Below are positions 1-9,031 of a DNA stretch of 64,000 nucleotides, piece after piece. Numbering within the stretch: position 1 is the first letter of the stretch; each line of letters starts with the position of its first letter. Under the pieces are notes generated by a model. The model had not been told where the DNA came from, made no database searches, and saw nothing but the letters and a program-made list of their open reading frames with translations. The DNA is from an uncultured Oscillospiraceae bacterium (GTDB lineage Bacteria; Bacillota; Clostridia; Oscillospirales; Ruminococcaceae), in contig USFO01000001.1 in assembly GCA_900553955.1 (NCBI GenBank), positions 7,530 to 71,529 of the forward strand, read 5' to 3'. The position numbers and the translations under genes were made by a program.

Positions 1-368
1 TCTTTTCGTGGAAACTCGGTATTTTGATTACGGTAATCGTGCTGAGTGTACTTTTCTACAGGCCATTCTGCAAGTGGCTGTGTCCGCTGGGTGCATTTTA
101 TGCGCTGCTGAACAAAGTGTCGCTTTTCGGGATGAAAGTAGATAACCACAAATGTGTTTCCTGCGGAAAATGTGCAAAAGCGTGCAAGATGGATGTGGAT
201 GTAACCAAAACGCCCAACCACACTGAATGCATCCGTTGCGGAATGTGCATCCGCGCCTGCCCCACAAAGGCCATAAGTTTCCACTACGGCTTCGGTAAAA
301 AAGAAGACGGATGCCCTGCCGAAAAGGTGAAAACAGCAAAACCTATATCCGATACAGAAAAGGAGTAA
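1..368 (+). CDS. 4Fe-4S binding membrane protein (C-terminal part; the gene starts upstream of the window)
   Basis: The frame is open from position 3 with no start codon. Two CxxCxxCxxxCP ferredoxin motifs (CVSCGKCAKAC, CIRCGMCIRACP) follow a hydrophobic segment (FYRPFCKWLCPLG), as in NapH/MauN-like COG0348 proteins. Confidence 0.6.
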   Translation, partial: FSWKLGILITVIVLSVLFYRPFCKWLCPLGAFYALLNKVSLFGMKVDNHKCVSCGKCAKACKMDVDVTKTPNHTECIRCGMCIRACPTKAISFHYGFGKKEDGCPAEKVKTAKPISDTEKE

Positions 369-373
369 AAACT

Positions 374-1336
374 ATGAAAACAACGAAAATTTTAACCGTA
401 TTAACTGCATTCCTGCTGATACTCAGCCTTGCTGCCTGCAATATGAGCAAAGGCAATAAGAAAGACGATGAAAATAATAAGTCTGAAATTGCAGCACTTA
501 TAGCGACGGAACCGGATACAAAGGACGAAGCAACAGAGCTGCATCAAAAACTGATGGAACAGGAAAACGCAATTCTGTCTGAAAATAGCGCTCTTTGGGA
601 AAAGGTGTTCATCTCTGCCGACAAAGATATGGCAACGATTGAAGACGGCGGTAATTATGGTGACTTCCTGCTTAAAACGATTGACAGTGCAAAGGATCAG
701 TTCAAGGCAGACGAGCTAAAGCTGCTCAAAGAAGGTGCCGAACAGATTCGTGAGATTGAAGGTAAATTGACGATTCTTGAGCAGAAGTTTCCCGGCTGTG
801 GGGGAAAGCCTTCCGATGGCAGTATGAGTGTCCCGGCAGAAAACGGCAAGCCTATCGAAAAGGATGATCTTATGAAGTTCCCCGCATTCGATGGTAAAGA
901 CCTTGACGGTAATGAAGTGGATAGCAGCACGCTGTTTGAAGGAAACACTGTTACTGTAGTAAATTTTTGGTTTACCACATGCAGCCCCTGTGTCAATGAA
1001 CTTGCCGATCTGGAAGAGCTGAACAAACAGCTTGCCGAAAAAGGCGGTGCCGTAGTCGGAATCAACTCGTTTACCCTTGATGGTGATGAAACGGCAATAT
1101 CCGAGGCAAAGGACATTCTGACAAAAAAAGGCGTTTCATATAAAAACATTTGGTTTGACTCAAACAGTGAGGCAGGAAAATTCACATCCGGGCTGTTCTC
1201 CTATCCTACAACATACGTAGTTGACAAGAACGGCAATATTGTTGGTGAACCGATTGTCGGAGCGATAACCGCCCCAAAACAGGCTGAAGCGCTGCAAAAG
1301 TTGATTGATCAGGCAATTGCAAATAGCAACGGTTAA
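374..1336 (+). CDS. TlpA-family thiol:disulfide oxidoreductase lipoprotein (thioredoxin-like, CxxC)
   Basis: RBS aaaggag precedes the ATG at 374. Lipoprotein signal MKTTKILTVLTAFLLILSLAAC. The C-terminal redoxin fold carries WFTTCSPCVNE (CxxC). Confidence 0.65.
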   Translation: MKTTKILTVLTAFLLILSLAACNMSKGNKKDDENNKSEIAALIATEPDTKDEATELHQKLMEQENAILSENSALWEKVFISADKDMATIEDGGNYGDFLLKTIDSAKDQFKADELKLLKEGAEQIREIEGKLTILEQKFPGCGGKPSDGSMSVPAENGKPIEKDDLMKFPAFDGKDLDGNEVDSSTLFEGNTVTVVNFWFTTCSPCVNELADLEELNKQLAEKGGAVVGINSFTLDGDETAISEAKDILTKKGVSYKNIWFDSNSEAGKFTSGLFSYPTTYVVDKNGNIVGEPIVGAITAPKQAEALQKLIDQAIANSNG

Positions 1337-2026
1337 TGAACAACAGCCTCTTGGCAAAGAACTAATAATACTTGTTTTTGAGATGCAAAACAGAGCAAGA
1401 TGATTTTAAGGCGGAAGCGGCGCAAGCTGCTGCCGCCTTTTCTACAAAATAACAGTTAAGCCCTTGACATACCGGTGTACAGCCAGTCAATGCGGCAGCC
1501 GGGCATGGATTAGGCTCCGGTCCCGCCGTCTTCCGGTTCATTTCTTCGTAATATCCATCATGGTTTATATGCTTCTTCCGATACTGCTTCCGTGTTTGCA
1601 TTACCGGCCTCTTCAAATTTATGCTTGATAAACTTGACTTTGGCATCTTTATCCGACCGATTAGCGGTATAGCCTTTCTGCACAATAAACTCATCCCGTG
1701 CGGCGTCAAATGTCCGGAAGGAGCTTGCCGCCTCAAGCGCAGTTCCTGTATGCAGTTCTCATCCTCAGGAGAATTTGTAGCTTACGCACATAAAGAAACC
1801 CCATAATTTGCAATCGCCACGCATTATTATAAGCAGATTATACCGCAGAATATGCTGAATTTCAACAGATAGCAGAGATAACACACGGGCTTTCTCGAAT
1901 TTTGCTTCACAGTCCATTCAAGGAACAGCATCGTGTGTATCCTGTACGACATGAAAATGTTTTGAGGATTTCTTTAATGTAAAACATTTATTTAACAGCA
2001 ACTATGAACTATGCTAAAATTACTTT

Positions 2027-2064
2027 TGAAAAGCAGGCTTCGCATTGCGAAGCCTGCTTTTTTG
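2027..2064. terminator. bidirectional intrinsic terminator (perfect 12-bp stem agcaggcttcgc/gcgaagcctgct with T-runs on both sides)
   Basis: The palindrome aaaagcaggcttcgcattgcgaagcctgctttttt was read directly. Confidence 0.6.
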
Positions 2065-2083
2065 CGTTCCGATAAAAATTCGT

Positions 2084-2126
2084 ATAAAAAACTCCGCCCG
2101 GAGGAGAGGTTCCGGGCGGAATTCAT
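2084..2126 (-). terminator. intrinsic terminator of the NPNTG surface-protein gene
   Basis: Stem ccgcccgga / tccgggcgg; the reverse complement is followed by tttttt. It lies just downstream of the stop at 2162. Confidence 0.55.
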
Positions 2127-2161
2127 TTAGGTCTGTTCTGTTTTATTTCCTGCTAAGAAAA

Positions 2162-3580
2162 TTATTTCTTGAGGGAAACAGCAGCTGCAGCAGCTACAGA
2201 AACAACAGCGACAGCGGCTACTACGCCCATAACGGACTCAGCACCGGTGTTGGGGTTCTTCTCGCCTTTGTTCTCTGCAGGAACTTTAACAGCGATCTGA
2301 TACTGACCAAGGGTGGTGTTCTCGCCATCGATGGAGAGTTTAACAGTGTCGTTGTAGTCAACAGTCATGTAGTCAACTTTAACTTCTTTGAGAACCTTGC
2401 CATCTTTGATGATGTAGTAGGTTACGACATCCTGCTCTTCGATCTTTTTGCCGAAGAACTCACGGAGCTGGAAGTAGGTCCAATCAAGGTCGAAGTTTAC
2501 GGTGAATTTGGATTTAACAACCTGATCACCATAGAAACCGAACTCAACTTTTCTGTTCTCGCCGTCAACAGCAAGAGCGGTCTTGTTGGCTTCTTTAACT
2601 TCTTTCTCATAGTACTCAAAGTTTACGCCCTTCTGGCCAGCAGCTACGTTGTAGATGGTGACATCGGCGCTCTTTGCAACTCTGTTGTCGTTCTCTTTAG
2701 CGCTGGGATATACGTTAACAGTGATGTTTTTGCCTTCGATAGCACGGAAAGCAGTGGTGGAGATGACTCTGGAGCCCATGATCTGAGCAAGGTCAGCCTG
2801 CTTGTAGCCGTTCACATAGGTCTCGTAATCGGAGTAACCGGTGTCGAAGAGCTCGAGAGCATATTTGTACTCTGCAGCAGATTTTACATACTCGTATGCA
2901 AAGATGGTGATGTCGTTGACGATCTTCATCTCAGTGTAAACGGTCTTCTTGTCTTCAACTCTGAGAGCGGAAACTTTAACGGAACCTTCGGTGAAGGAAG
3001 CGCTGTAGTTAGCAGCAACAGTGAGCTTGAGGATTTTGATCTCGCTGGTGGTCTTTACATAGAACTGAGTGGTCTTGAAGTATTTGTTGAGAGTTTTCGC
3101 AGCATATGCGCACCAGCCATACTGGTCTTTGCCACCTTCGGGAACGCATTTGCTCCAATCAAGGCCATCGGGCTGAGTATCCTTGTCGTATGCAGGGATC
3201 TTGTTAAGCCATTCGTCGATAGCTTTGCCGTCTTTTCTAACTACCTGATATGCAACGCCGTCTACCCATTCCATGGTCTCGGGGTTGTAGTCCATGACTT
3301 CTGCTTTAACAGTGTCATTGCTGTAGGTAGCCTTTACATCCTTGAGGCCGGTGGTGTTGAGTACGAAGTATGCAACGCCGCCTTTAGCACCGTCGGTGTA
3401 GAGAACTTTGTCAGCAGCGGGATCGCCGAGGATGTCAACAGTGTTTTCGAATTTGATGAGCTTTTTGCCGTCATCGGTTTTTTCAACTTTGTTGAGTTCG
3501 ATCTTGGTAAGAGCAAGAGCGGAAACACCAAGGCTGAGAACCATCATGAGAGCAAGAACAAGAGCAACAATCTTTTTCAT
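2162..3580 (-). CDS. cell-wall-anchored surface protein with NPNTG sorting signal (function unknown)
   Basis: RBS aaaggag precedes the ATG at 3580. Signal peptide MKKIVALVLALMMVLSLGVSALA. The C-terminus reads NPNTG + AESVMGVVAAVAVVSVAAAAAV + SLKK (motif, hydrophobic span, basic tail). Confidence 0.65.
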   Translation of the reverse strand: MKKIVALVLALMMVLSLGVSALALTKIELNKVEKTDDGKKLIKFENTVDILGDPAADKVLYTDGAKGGVAYFVLNTTGLKDVKATYSNDTVKAEVMDYNPETMEWVDGVAYQVVRKDGKAIDEWLNKIPAYDKDTQPDGLDWSKCVPEGGKDQYGWCAYAAKTLNKYFKTTQFYVKTTSEIKILKLTVAANYSASFTEGSVKVSALRVEDKKTVYTEMKIVNDITIFAYEYVKSAAEYKYALELFDTGYSDYETYVNGYKQADLAQIMGSRVISTTAFRAIEGKNITVNVYPSAKENDNRVAKSADVTIYNVAAGQKGVNFEYYEKEVKEANKTALAVDGENRKVEFGFYGDQVVKSKFTVNFDLDWTYFQLREFFGKKIEEQDVVTYYIIKDGKVLKEVKVDYMTVDYNDTVKLSIDGENTTLGQYQIAVKVPAENKGEKNPNTGAESVMGVVAAVAVVSVAAAAAVSLKK

Positions 3581-3850
3581 GTTAGTTTCTCCTTTTAAGA
3601 ATAAATTTTGAGCAATTATCAGAACGCCTTCCCTCTCCCGTCGGGCGATCCAATCAGTTTCTAACGGCGATAAATGTTCTTCGCAAAAGGGGTGAAGAGC
3701 TTTTCCTTTGGCTGTAAATCTTTTTAACCGATTTGTAACATTTATCTTGACCATAATATACCACGCTCCAAGAGCTTTGTCAATAGGTTTTTCAGAAAAT
3801 ATTTCATTTTGTAATAACTTTTTTTACGGAAATGATACTTTTGTAAGGAT

Positions 3851-4111
3851 GTGATGCTTTTGCCGTACCATGATGACGAATATGTGCGCCGCCAAATGCG
3901 CGAGGTGGGATTTTTGATTGCGTATCACAGGCGGCAAAAAGGGCTTTCTCAAGCCAAACTTGCCGATGCTGCCGGCATAAGCCGGCAGCATCTTGCCGCC
4001 GTGGAGGCATCGAGTATGCAGCGGCCTTTTTCCGTGGAATTTTTGATAAAAATTGCCTCTGTGCTCGAAATTTCTCCCGCAGAACTCTTTGAGTATGATA
4101 AAAAAGAGTAA
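3851..4111 (+). CDS. XRE-family HTH transcriptional regulator
   Basis: HTH_3-type motif QKGLSQAKLADAAGISRQHLAAVE. The gene is divergent from the surface-protein gene. Confidence 0.7.
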   Translation: MMLLPYHDDEYVRRQMREVGFLIAYHRRQKGLSQAKLADAAGISRQHLAAVEASSMQRPFSVEFLIKIASVLEISPAELFEYDKKE

Positions 4112-4187
4112 CAATTGTTACGAAAAAGTTACAAAACAGTTTTTGGTGTGACTTTTAAGGTTCTATGGGCGAACACAGCGGCAATTG

Positions 4188-4232
4188 TGAGCGTTCTCGG
4201 CTCCCCTGTGTAAGGGGAGCCGAGAACGCTCA
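4188..4232 (+). terminator. very stable 19-bp perfect hairpin (possible terminator or structured RNA element) downstream of the XRE gene
   Basis: Stem tgagcgttctcggctcccc, loop tgtgtaa, stem ggggagccgagaacgctca. There is no clean T-run after it, so a terminator role is uncertain. Confidence 0.4.
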
Positions 4233-4400
4233 GTTCGCCTTACAGGGTACAGGGAAGGCAAGGCGGCTCCGCCGCAGAGCACGGAATTTGCCGAGGCGAG
4301 GCAAGGCGTTCTCAAAAAGAGATTTAACAAATTCTCTATTTACATTGGTTCATAAAAATAGTATTATACTATTATTAAAAGTAACGGAGGATTTTTTGTT

Positions 4401-4871
4401 ATGATTAAAATTGAAGTTAAAGGCTTCGGCACTATTATGGTGGAGCTTGACAAGGAAGCCGCTCCCAAGACCGTGGAGAACTTTGAAAAGCTCGTTTCCG
4501 AGGGCTTTTATGACGGACTGACCTTTCACCGCATTATCAAGGGCTTTATGATTCAGGGCGGCGACCCTCTGGGCAACGGCACCGGCGATTCCAAGGTTAA
4601 AATTCCCGGCGAATTCAAATCCAACGGCTGGGACAACCCCATCAGCCACGAGCGCGGCGTTATTTCCATGGCGCGCGCACAGAACCCCAACTCCGCGTCC
4701 TGCCAGTTCTTCATTGTTCATGAGGACAGCAAATTCCTTGACGGCGACTATGCCGCTTTCGGTCATGTAACCGAGGGTATGGATGTTGTTGACGCTATCG
4801 CTTCCGTAGACACCTACCCCAACGATATGCCCAGCAAAAAAGTCGTTATCAAGAAAATCTCCATTGTTTAA
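4401..4871 (+). CDS. ppiB: peptidyl-prolyl cis-trans isomerase, cyclophilin type
   Basis: Cyclophilin signature GFYDGLTFHRIIKGFMIQGGDP...SMARAQNPNSASCQFFIV. Confidence 0.9.
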   Translation: MIKIEVKGFGTIMVELDKEAAPKTVENFEKLVSEGFYDGLTFHRIIKGFMIQGGDPLGNGTGDSKVKIPGEFKSNGWDNPISHERGVISMARAQNPNSASCQFFIVHEDSKFLDGDYAAFGHVTEGMDVVDAIASVDTYPNDMPSKKVVIKKISIV

Positions 4872-4874
4872 TTG

Positions 4875-5309
4875 ATGAAAAAGCTTAACCTAAAGCCCAC
4901 CGGCGAAGCCGCCGCCATCCTGTTCGGCTTTTTTGCGGTGCTCACCGCCGCAAGCTGCGCCATGCAGGCGGGTACGGCGGACGCCGTGCGCGTCGTCATT
5001 TACGAATGGGGCGCTTTTCCGCTGCTTTGCGCCATTGTGGGCGGCGTCATCGCCCGCAAAAGCGGCTTTCTGCCGCTGTACGGCCTTTGCTGCGGCGCAA
5101 TTTTCGTTCCATTTATGTATTCGTTTTATTCCGAACAGAATTGGTATGTCATTTTGATGTACTGCATCTTCGGCTATGTGGGAACGGTATTCGGCTGGGT
5201 TCTTTTCCGTCGGGAGGTTCACCGCATCGAGGAGGGTCGCCTGGAGAAAAAGCGCAAGCCCCTTTTGCTGAAGCTTTTCGACCGCCACAACATCGACCAA
5301 TACAAATAG
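4875..5309 (+). CDS. small integral membrane protein, hypothetical
   Basis: Four predicted TM segments. The start abuts the ppiB stop, which suggests translational coupling. Confidence 0.4.
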   Translation: MKKLNLKPTGEAAAILFGFFAVLTAASCAMQAGTADAVRVVIYEWGAFPLLCAIVGGVIARKSGFLPLYGLCCGAIFVPFMYSFYSEQNWYVILMYCIFGYVGTVFGWVLFRREVHRIEEGRLEKKRKPLLLKLFDRHNIDQYK

Positions 5310-5343
5310 TATATTCCGCTTTTGAATATACCGGAGGTACATA

Positions 5344-5817
5344 ATGAAGCTTTGTGTAAAGCAGCAGATATTTTCTTTCCGGGACAGATTTTATGTCACG
5401 GACGAAAACGGAGCGCAGGTCTTTTATATTGAAAGCGAGATTTTCACTTTCTTCAAAAAGTTCCACATCTACGCCATGACCGGCGAAGAGGTGGGCTATA
5501 TCGAGCAGCGGTTCAGCCTGATTTTGCCCCGCCTTGATATTTACATTCACGGCGAATACTCCGCCTCCATTCAAAAGCAGTTTACGCTTTTTTGTCAGGA
5601 ATACTCCGTCGAGGGCGTGAATTGGTATGTTTCCGGCGATTTTTTCAGCCACGAATACGAAATCACCCGCTCCGGCGCGCCTGTTGCCCACATCAGCAAG
5701 GAATGGTTCACCTTCGGGGACTGCTACACCGTCGAGGCGCTGCACCCGCAGGATATGCTCCTCTCCCTTGCGGTTATGGTGAGCATCGACTTCGTTATGG
5801 CAAGCAATAACAACTGA
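5344..5817 (+). CDS. hypothetical protein (possibly LURP-one-related/DUF567-like)
   Basis: RBS ggaggt. 157 aa, soluble. The family assignment comes from length and composition only. Confidence 0.4.
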   Translation: MKLCVKQQIFSFRDRFYVTDENGAQVFYIESEIFTFFKKFHIYAMTGEEVGYIEQRFSLILPRLDIYIHGEYSASIQKQFTLFCQEYSVEGVNWYVSGDFFSHEYEITRSGAPVAHISKEWFTFGDCYTVEALHPQDMLLSLAVMVSIDFVMASNNN

Positions 5818-5878
5818 TACCGAATGCAAAAAATCCGCTTCCCAAAAGGGAAGCGGATTTTTTGTCTTTTTATCGGAA

Positions 5879-6739
5879 TTATTTATGCTCGCCCATATAG
5901 AAAACCGCAACGGTTCCGGGACCCACATGGGAACCGGTAACGGGCTCGTAAACCACCTTGAGCAGCTCTCCGGTGAAGCCTTTTTCACGCAGGCGATCCT
6001 CAAGGCGCTGCGCCCCCTCGGGATTATCCGCATGGGCTATTCCCACGGGCGCGCTTTTATCCAGAACAAGCTCGTCGTACATATTCGCAAGGGTGTCCAT
6101 GGACTTGTTAAAGCCGCGGATTTTTGCGCAGGCAACGATTTTGCCGGTTTCGTCGCCGCGAAGCATGGGTTTTATGTTGAGCATGGTTCCCACCACCGCC
6201 GCCGCTCCGGAAATTCTGCCGCCCTTGCGAAGATAGGCAAGGTCGTCAACGGTGAAGAACTGGCACATATTTTTTCGCAGAAGCTCTATGCTCTTGACGA
6301 CCTTGAGGAAAGGATCGCCGCGCTCAATCATCTTTGCCGCTTCAATTACAAGCATACCCTCGCCGAGGCTTGCGGCGTAGGTATCTATGGTGGCGATTTT
6401 AGCGGATGGGTACTGCTCAAGCAGCTCCTCCGCCGCAAGCTTGGCGGCGTTTGCGGTTCCGCTTATTCCGCCGGACATTCCGACATATATAACAGCGTTG
6501 CCCTTTTCTACCCAAGGCTCAAAGGCTTCGCAGAAGTCGGTCATGCTCACCATGGAGGTCTTGACATCCGCACCGGCGCGCATAGCTTCGTAGAAAGCTC
6601 TGCCGTTAAAGTCGGTGTCGGCGCTGTAAGGAACCTCCTTGCCGTTTACCGTATAGGAAAACGGTACAACTTCTATGTCGTATTCTTTGGTTATGCTCAC
6701 CGGAAGGTTCGCGGATGTATCAGTAAAAAGTTTTATCAT
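5879..6739 (-). CDS. DegV family fatty-acid-binding protein (FakB-like)
   Basis: DegV N-terminus MIKLFTDTSANLP...; about 286 aa. Confidence 0.85.
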   Translation of the reverse strand: MIKLFTDTSANLPVSITKEYDIEVVPFSYTVNGKEVPYSADTDFNGRAFYEAMRAGADVKTSMVSMTDFCEAFEPWVEKGNAVIYVGMSGGISGTANAAKLAAEELLEQYPSAKIATIDTYAASLGEGMLVIEAAKMIERGDPFLKVVKSIELLRKNMCQFFTVDDLAYLRKGGRISGAAAVVGTMLNIKPMLRGDETGKIVACAKIRGFNKSMDTLANMYDELVLDKSAPVGIAHADNPEGAQRLEDRLREKGFTGELLKVVYEPVTGSHVGPGTVAVFYMGEHK

Positions 6740-7626
6740 TATGCTTCCCTCTTTTTTCCCCAGAAGAACAGCGCAACGGTTCCGGGACCGGTGTGGCTGC
6801 CTATGGTTGTGCCTACGTAGTTTATTTCAACTTTTCCGCAAAGCTTGGGGAAACGCTCCTCCACAAGCCTTGCAACCTCCTTTGCGTCCTCAACGCATGC
6901 GGACTGCGAAATATAGCATTTGCCGGAATAATCAAGTCCGTCGTCGGCGTTTTCCTCCATGCGCTTTACGATTTCCTGAATTACCTTGCGCTTCGAGCGG
7001 ATTTTCGCCCTCGGAATGAGTCTGCCCTCGTTGTCCATATTGAGCAGCGGGCAAATTCCGAGGATGGTTCCGATGGCGCCGGCTGTTTTGGAAATTCTGC
7101 CGCCCTTGATGTAGAATTTCAGGTCGGTGGAGAAGAACCAGTGGTGCAGATTGAGCTTGTGCTCCTCCGTCCAGTCCCGCACCTCCTCGATGCTCATGCC
7201 GGAATCCCGCAAATCCGCAAGCTTATCCATAAGCAAACCGTATCCGGAGGACGCACCAAGGGAATCCACAATGTAAATTTTGCGCTCGGGGTAGCGCTCC
7301 CTTGCGATAAGGGCGGCGTTCATCGCGGAATTGTAAGTTCCGGAAATGCCGGTGGAAAGGCTCACATGAAGAATGTCCTTGCCCTCCTCAAGAAATTGGG
7401 AAAAGTACTCGACATATTCCGAAACGTTCACCTGAGAGGTTACGGTGTCGGCGCCCTCATCCATTTTTTTATAAAATTCTTCAAACGGAATGGTCTGACC
7501 CAAATCATCCGGGTGATCCACCCCATCCAATTTATAATGGAAGCAAATATAATGAATATCCCTGTTCTCAAAATGCTCTTTTGAAAGGTCTGCGGTGGAG
7601 CAGCAGCTTAAAACATAGTTTGCCAT
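6739..7626 (-). CDS. DegV family fatty-acid-binding protein (second paralogue)
   Basis: DegV-like sequence directly adjacent to, and overlapping by one nucleotide, the other DegV gene. Confidence 0.8.
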   Translation of the reverse strand: MANYVLSCCSTADLSKEHFENRDIHYICFHYKLDGVDHPDDLGQTIPFEEFYKKMDEGADTVTSQVNVSEYVEYFSQFLEEGKDILHVSLSTGISGTYNSAMNAALIARERYPERKIYIVDSLGASSGYGLLMDKLADLRDSGMSIEEVRDWTEEHKLNLHHWFFSTDLKFYIKGGRISKTAGAIGTILGICPLLNMDNEGRLIPRAKIRSKRKVIQEIVKRMEENADDGLDYSGKCYISQSACVEDAKEVARLVEERFPKLCGKVEINYVGTTIGSHTGPGTVALFFWGKKREA

Positions 7627-7765
7627 TTGTAGTTTTCTCCTTCACAACATTTTCTATGCCTCTATGATACCCCGCCCGCCTGAAAAAGGCAATGAAATCC
7701 GGCTATACTCCTCAATAACAAAAAGTAGAGCCCGAAAAATCGGGCTCTACCGGTAGTAGAATGGC

Positions 7766-8344
7766 TTAATCAAGCGGTTTTTTCACCCTAAACGCAAGGA
7801 ACACTATAAGCTCCGCCGGAACTATGAGCAGCAGTATCTGCCAAGGGTTCCACCGCAGCAGAGCAAGATAGAACATCACGAATATGCTCGCCACAAGGGT
7901 CGAAATTATATAATAGTTCCGTTTTCCCTTTTCCCAAACGGAATTGAACACCAAAAGCGTTATGAGGGAAATGGGAATTGCATATATGAACACCATCCAG
8001 AACAGGTGTCCCAAAATCCAGCCTATGATGAAGATGAAGAACGCCAGCGTCCATATTCCCACCATGGAAATGAGCACTATAATCTCACTGCGGTAGCGGC
8101 GTTTCTGCTTTTGAGAAATCGGCTCCCAGTCGTTATGGGAAGAAAGCAGGTAGTCCACGCTCACGCCGAAAATTTCCGACATATTCTTTAGCACATATGC
8201 GTCCGGCACCGCCTCCGCCCGCTCCCACTTAGAAACACTTTTGTCGGAATAATTAAGAAGCTCCGCAAGCTGCGCCTGGGTCATTCCCGCCTTTGTGCGA
8301 AGACTGATTATATTTGCGGCTGTTATGAATTTAAGATCCTCCAC
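7766..8344 (-). CDS. membrane-anchored XRE-family transcriptional regulator (HTH plus 3-4 TM helices)
   Basis: N-terminal HTH MTQAQLAELLNYSDKSVSKWERAE is followed by hydrophobic helices. Confidence 0.75.
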   Translation of the reverse strand: MEDLKFITAANIISLRTKAGMTQAQLAELLNYSDKSVSKWERAEAVPDAYVLKNMSEIFGVSVDYLLSSHNDWEPISQKQKRRYRSEIIVLISMVGIWTLAFFIFIIGWILGHLFWMVFIYAIPISLITLLVFNSVWEKGKRNYYIISTLVASIFVMFYLALLRWNPWQILLLIVPAELIVFLAFRVKKPLD

Positions 8345-8478
8345 AGTGCCTGCTCACTCCTTTCTTACTACTATATTATAATTGAACTTTATGAATTTTT
8401 CCACCCGGCGGGCGAATTATTTTTTACGGCACAAAAATGCCTCCCAAAAAGGGAGGCATTGAAGCTTTCGCCTGCGTA

Positions 8479-9012
8479 TCAGTCCTCATCGTCGGCAAGT
8501 CTGCCCAGCTCGCGCATAACTTTGTCGTATGCGGCTTTGGTGTTAAAGTCGAAGCAGACTATCTTCACATCTTCAAGGCAGGTGTCCTGCTCAAGATATT
8601 CGATGATGGTGTTGATTGCGATTTCCGCGGCCTTTGCAAGGGGAAAACGGTTTGCACCGGTGGAAATGGAAGGGAACACAACGGTTTTGCAGTTGTATTC
8701 AACGGCAAGGTCAAGGCATTTTACATAGCACTGACGGAGCAGCTCCGCTTCGTTGGTAAGACCGTTGTTCCAAACGGGGCCTACGGTATGGATAATATAT
8801 TTTGCGTCAAGCTTAAATCCGGGAGTAATAACGGCTTCGCCGGTTTTGCAGCCGCCGAGCTTGCGGCAGCAGCTGATAAGCTCCGCACCCGCGGCGCGAT
8901 GAATTGCGCCGTCAATGCCGTCGCCGCCTATAAGGCTGGTATTTGTGGCATTAACTATTGCGTCAACCTTCATATTTACGATATTGCCTTTAACAACGGA
9001 GAAATTTGACAT
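8479..9012 (-). CDS. macro-domain protein (O-acetyl-ADP-ribose deacetylase / ADP-ribose binding)
   Basis: RBS aaggaaag. Macro motif NIVNMKVDAIVNATNTSLIGGDGIDGAIHRAAG. An intrinsic terminator hairpin gcctccc/gggaggc lies at 8440-8463. Confidence 0.8.
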   Translation of the reverse strand: MSNFSVVKGNIVNMKVDAIVNATNTSLIGGDGIDGAIHRAAGAELISCCRKLGGCKTGEAVITPGFKLDAKYIIHTVGPVWNNGLTNEAELLRQCYVKCLDLAVEYNCKTVVFPSISTGANRFPLAKAAEIAINTIIEYLEQDTCLEDVKIVCFDFNTKAAYDKVMRELGRLADDED

Positions 9013-9031
9013 TGCTGTATCTTTCCTTTCT

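Noticed and set aside
2045-3598. 517-aa plus-strand ORF
   Set aside because: It is exactly antisense to the well-supported NPNTG surface-protein gene, has low-complexity repetitive composition, and has no RBS.
4165-4404. 79-aa ORF between the XRE gene and ppiB
   Set aside because: The region is dominated by a 19-bp perfect hairpin and direct repeats. There is no RBS and the ORF runs into the ppiB start, so it is more likely structured RNA or regulatory DNA.
8437-9009. 190-aa plus-strand ORF
   Set aside because: It is antisense to the macro-domain gene, which has a good RBS and conserved motifs.
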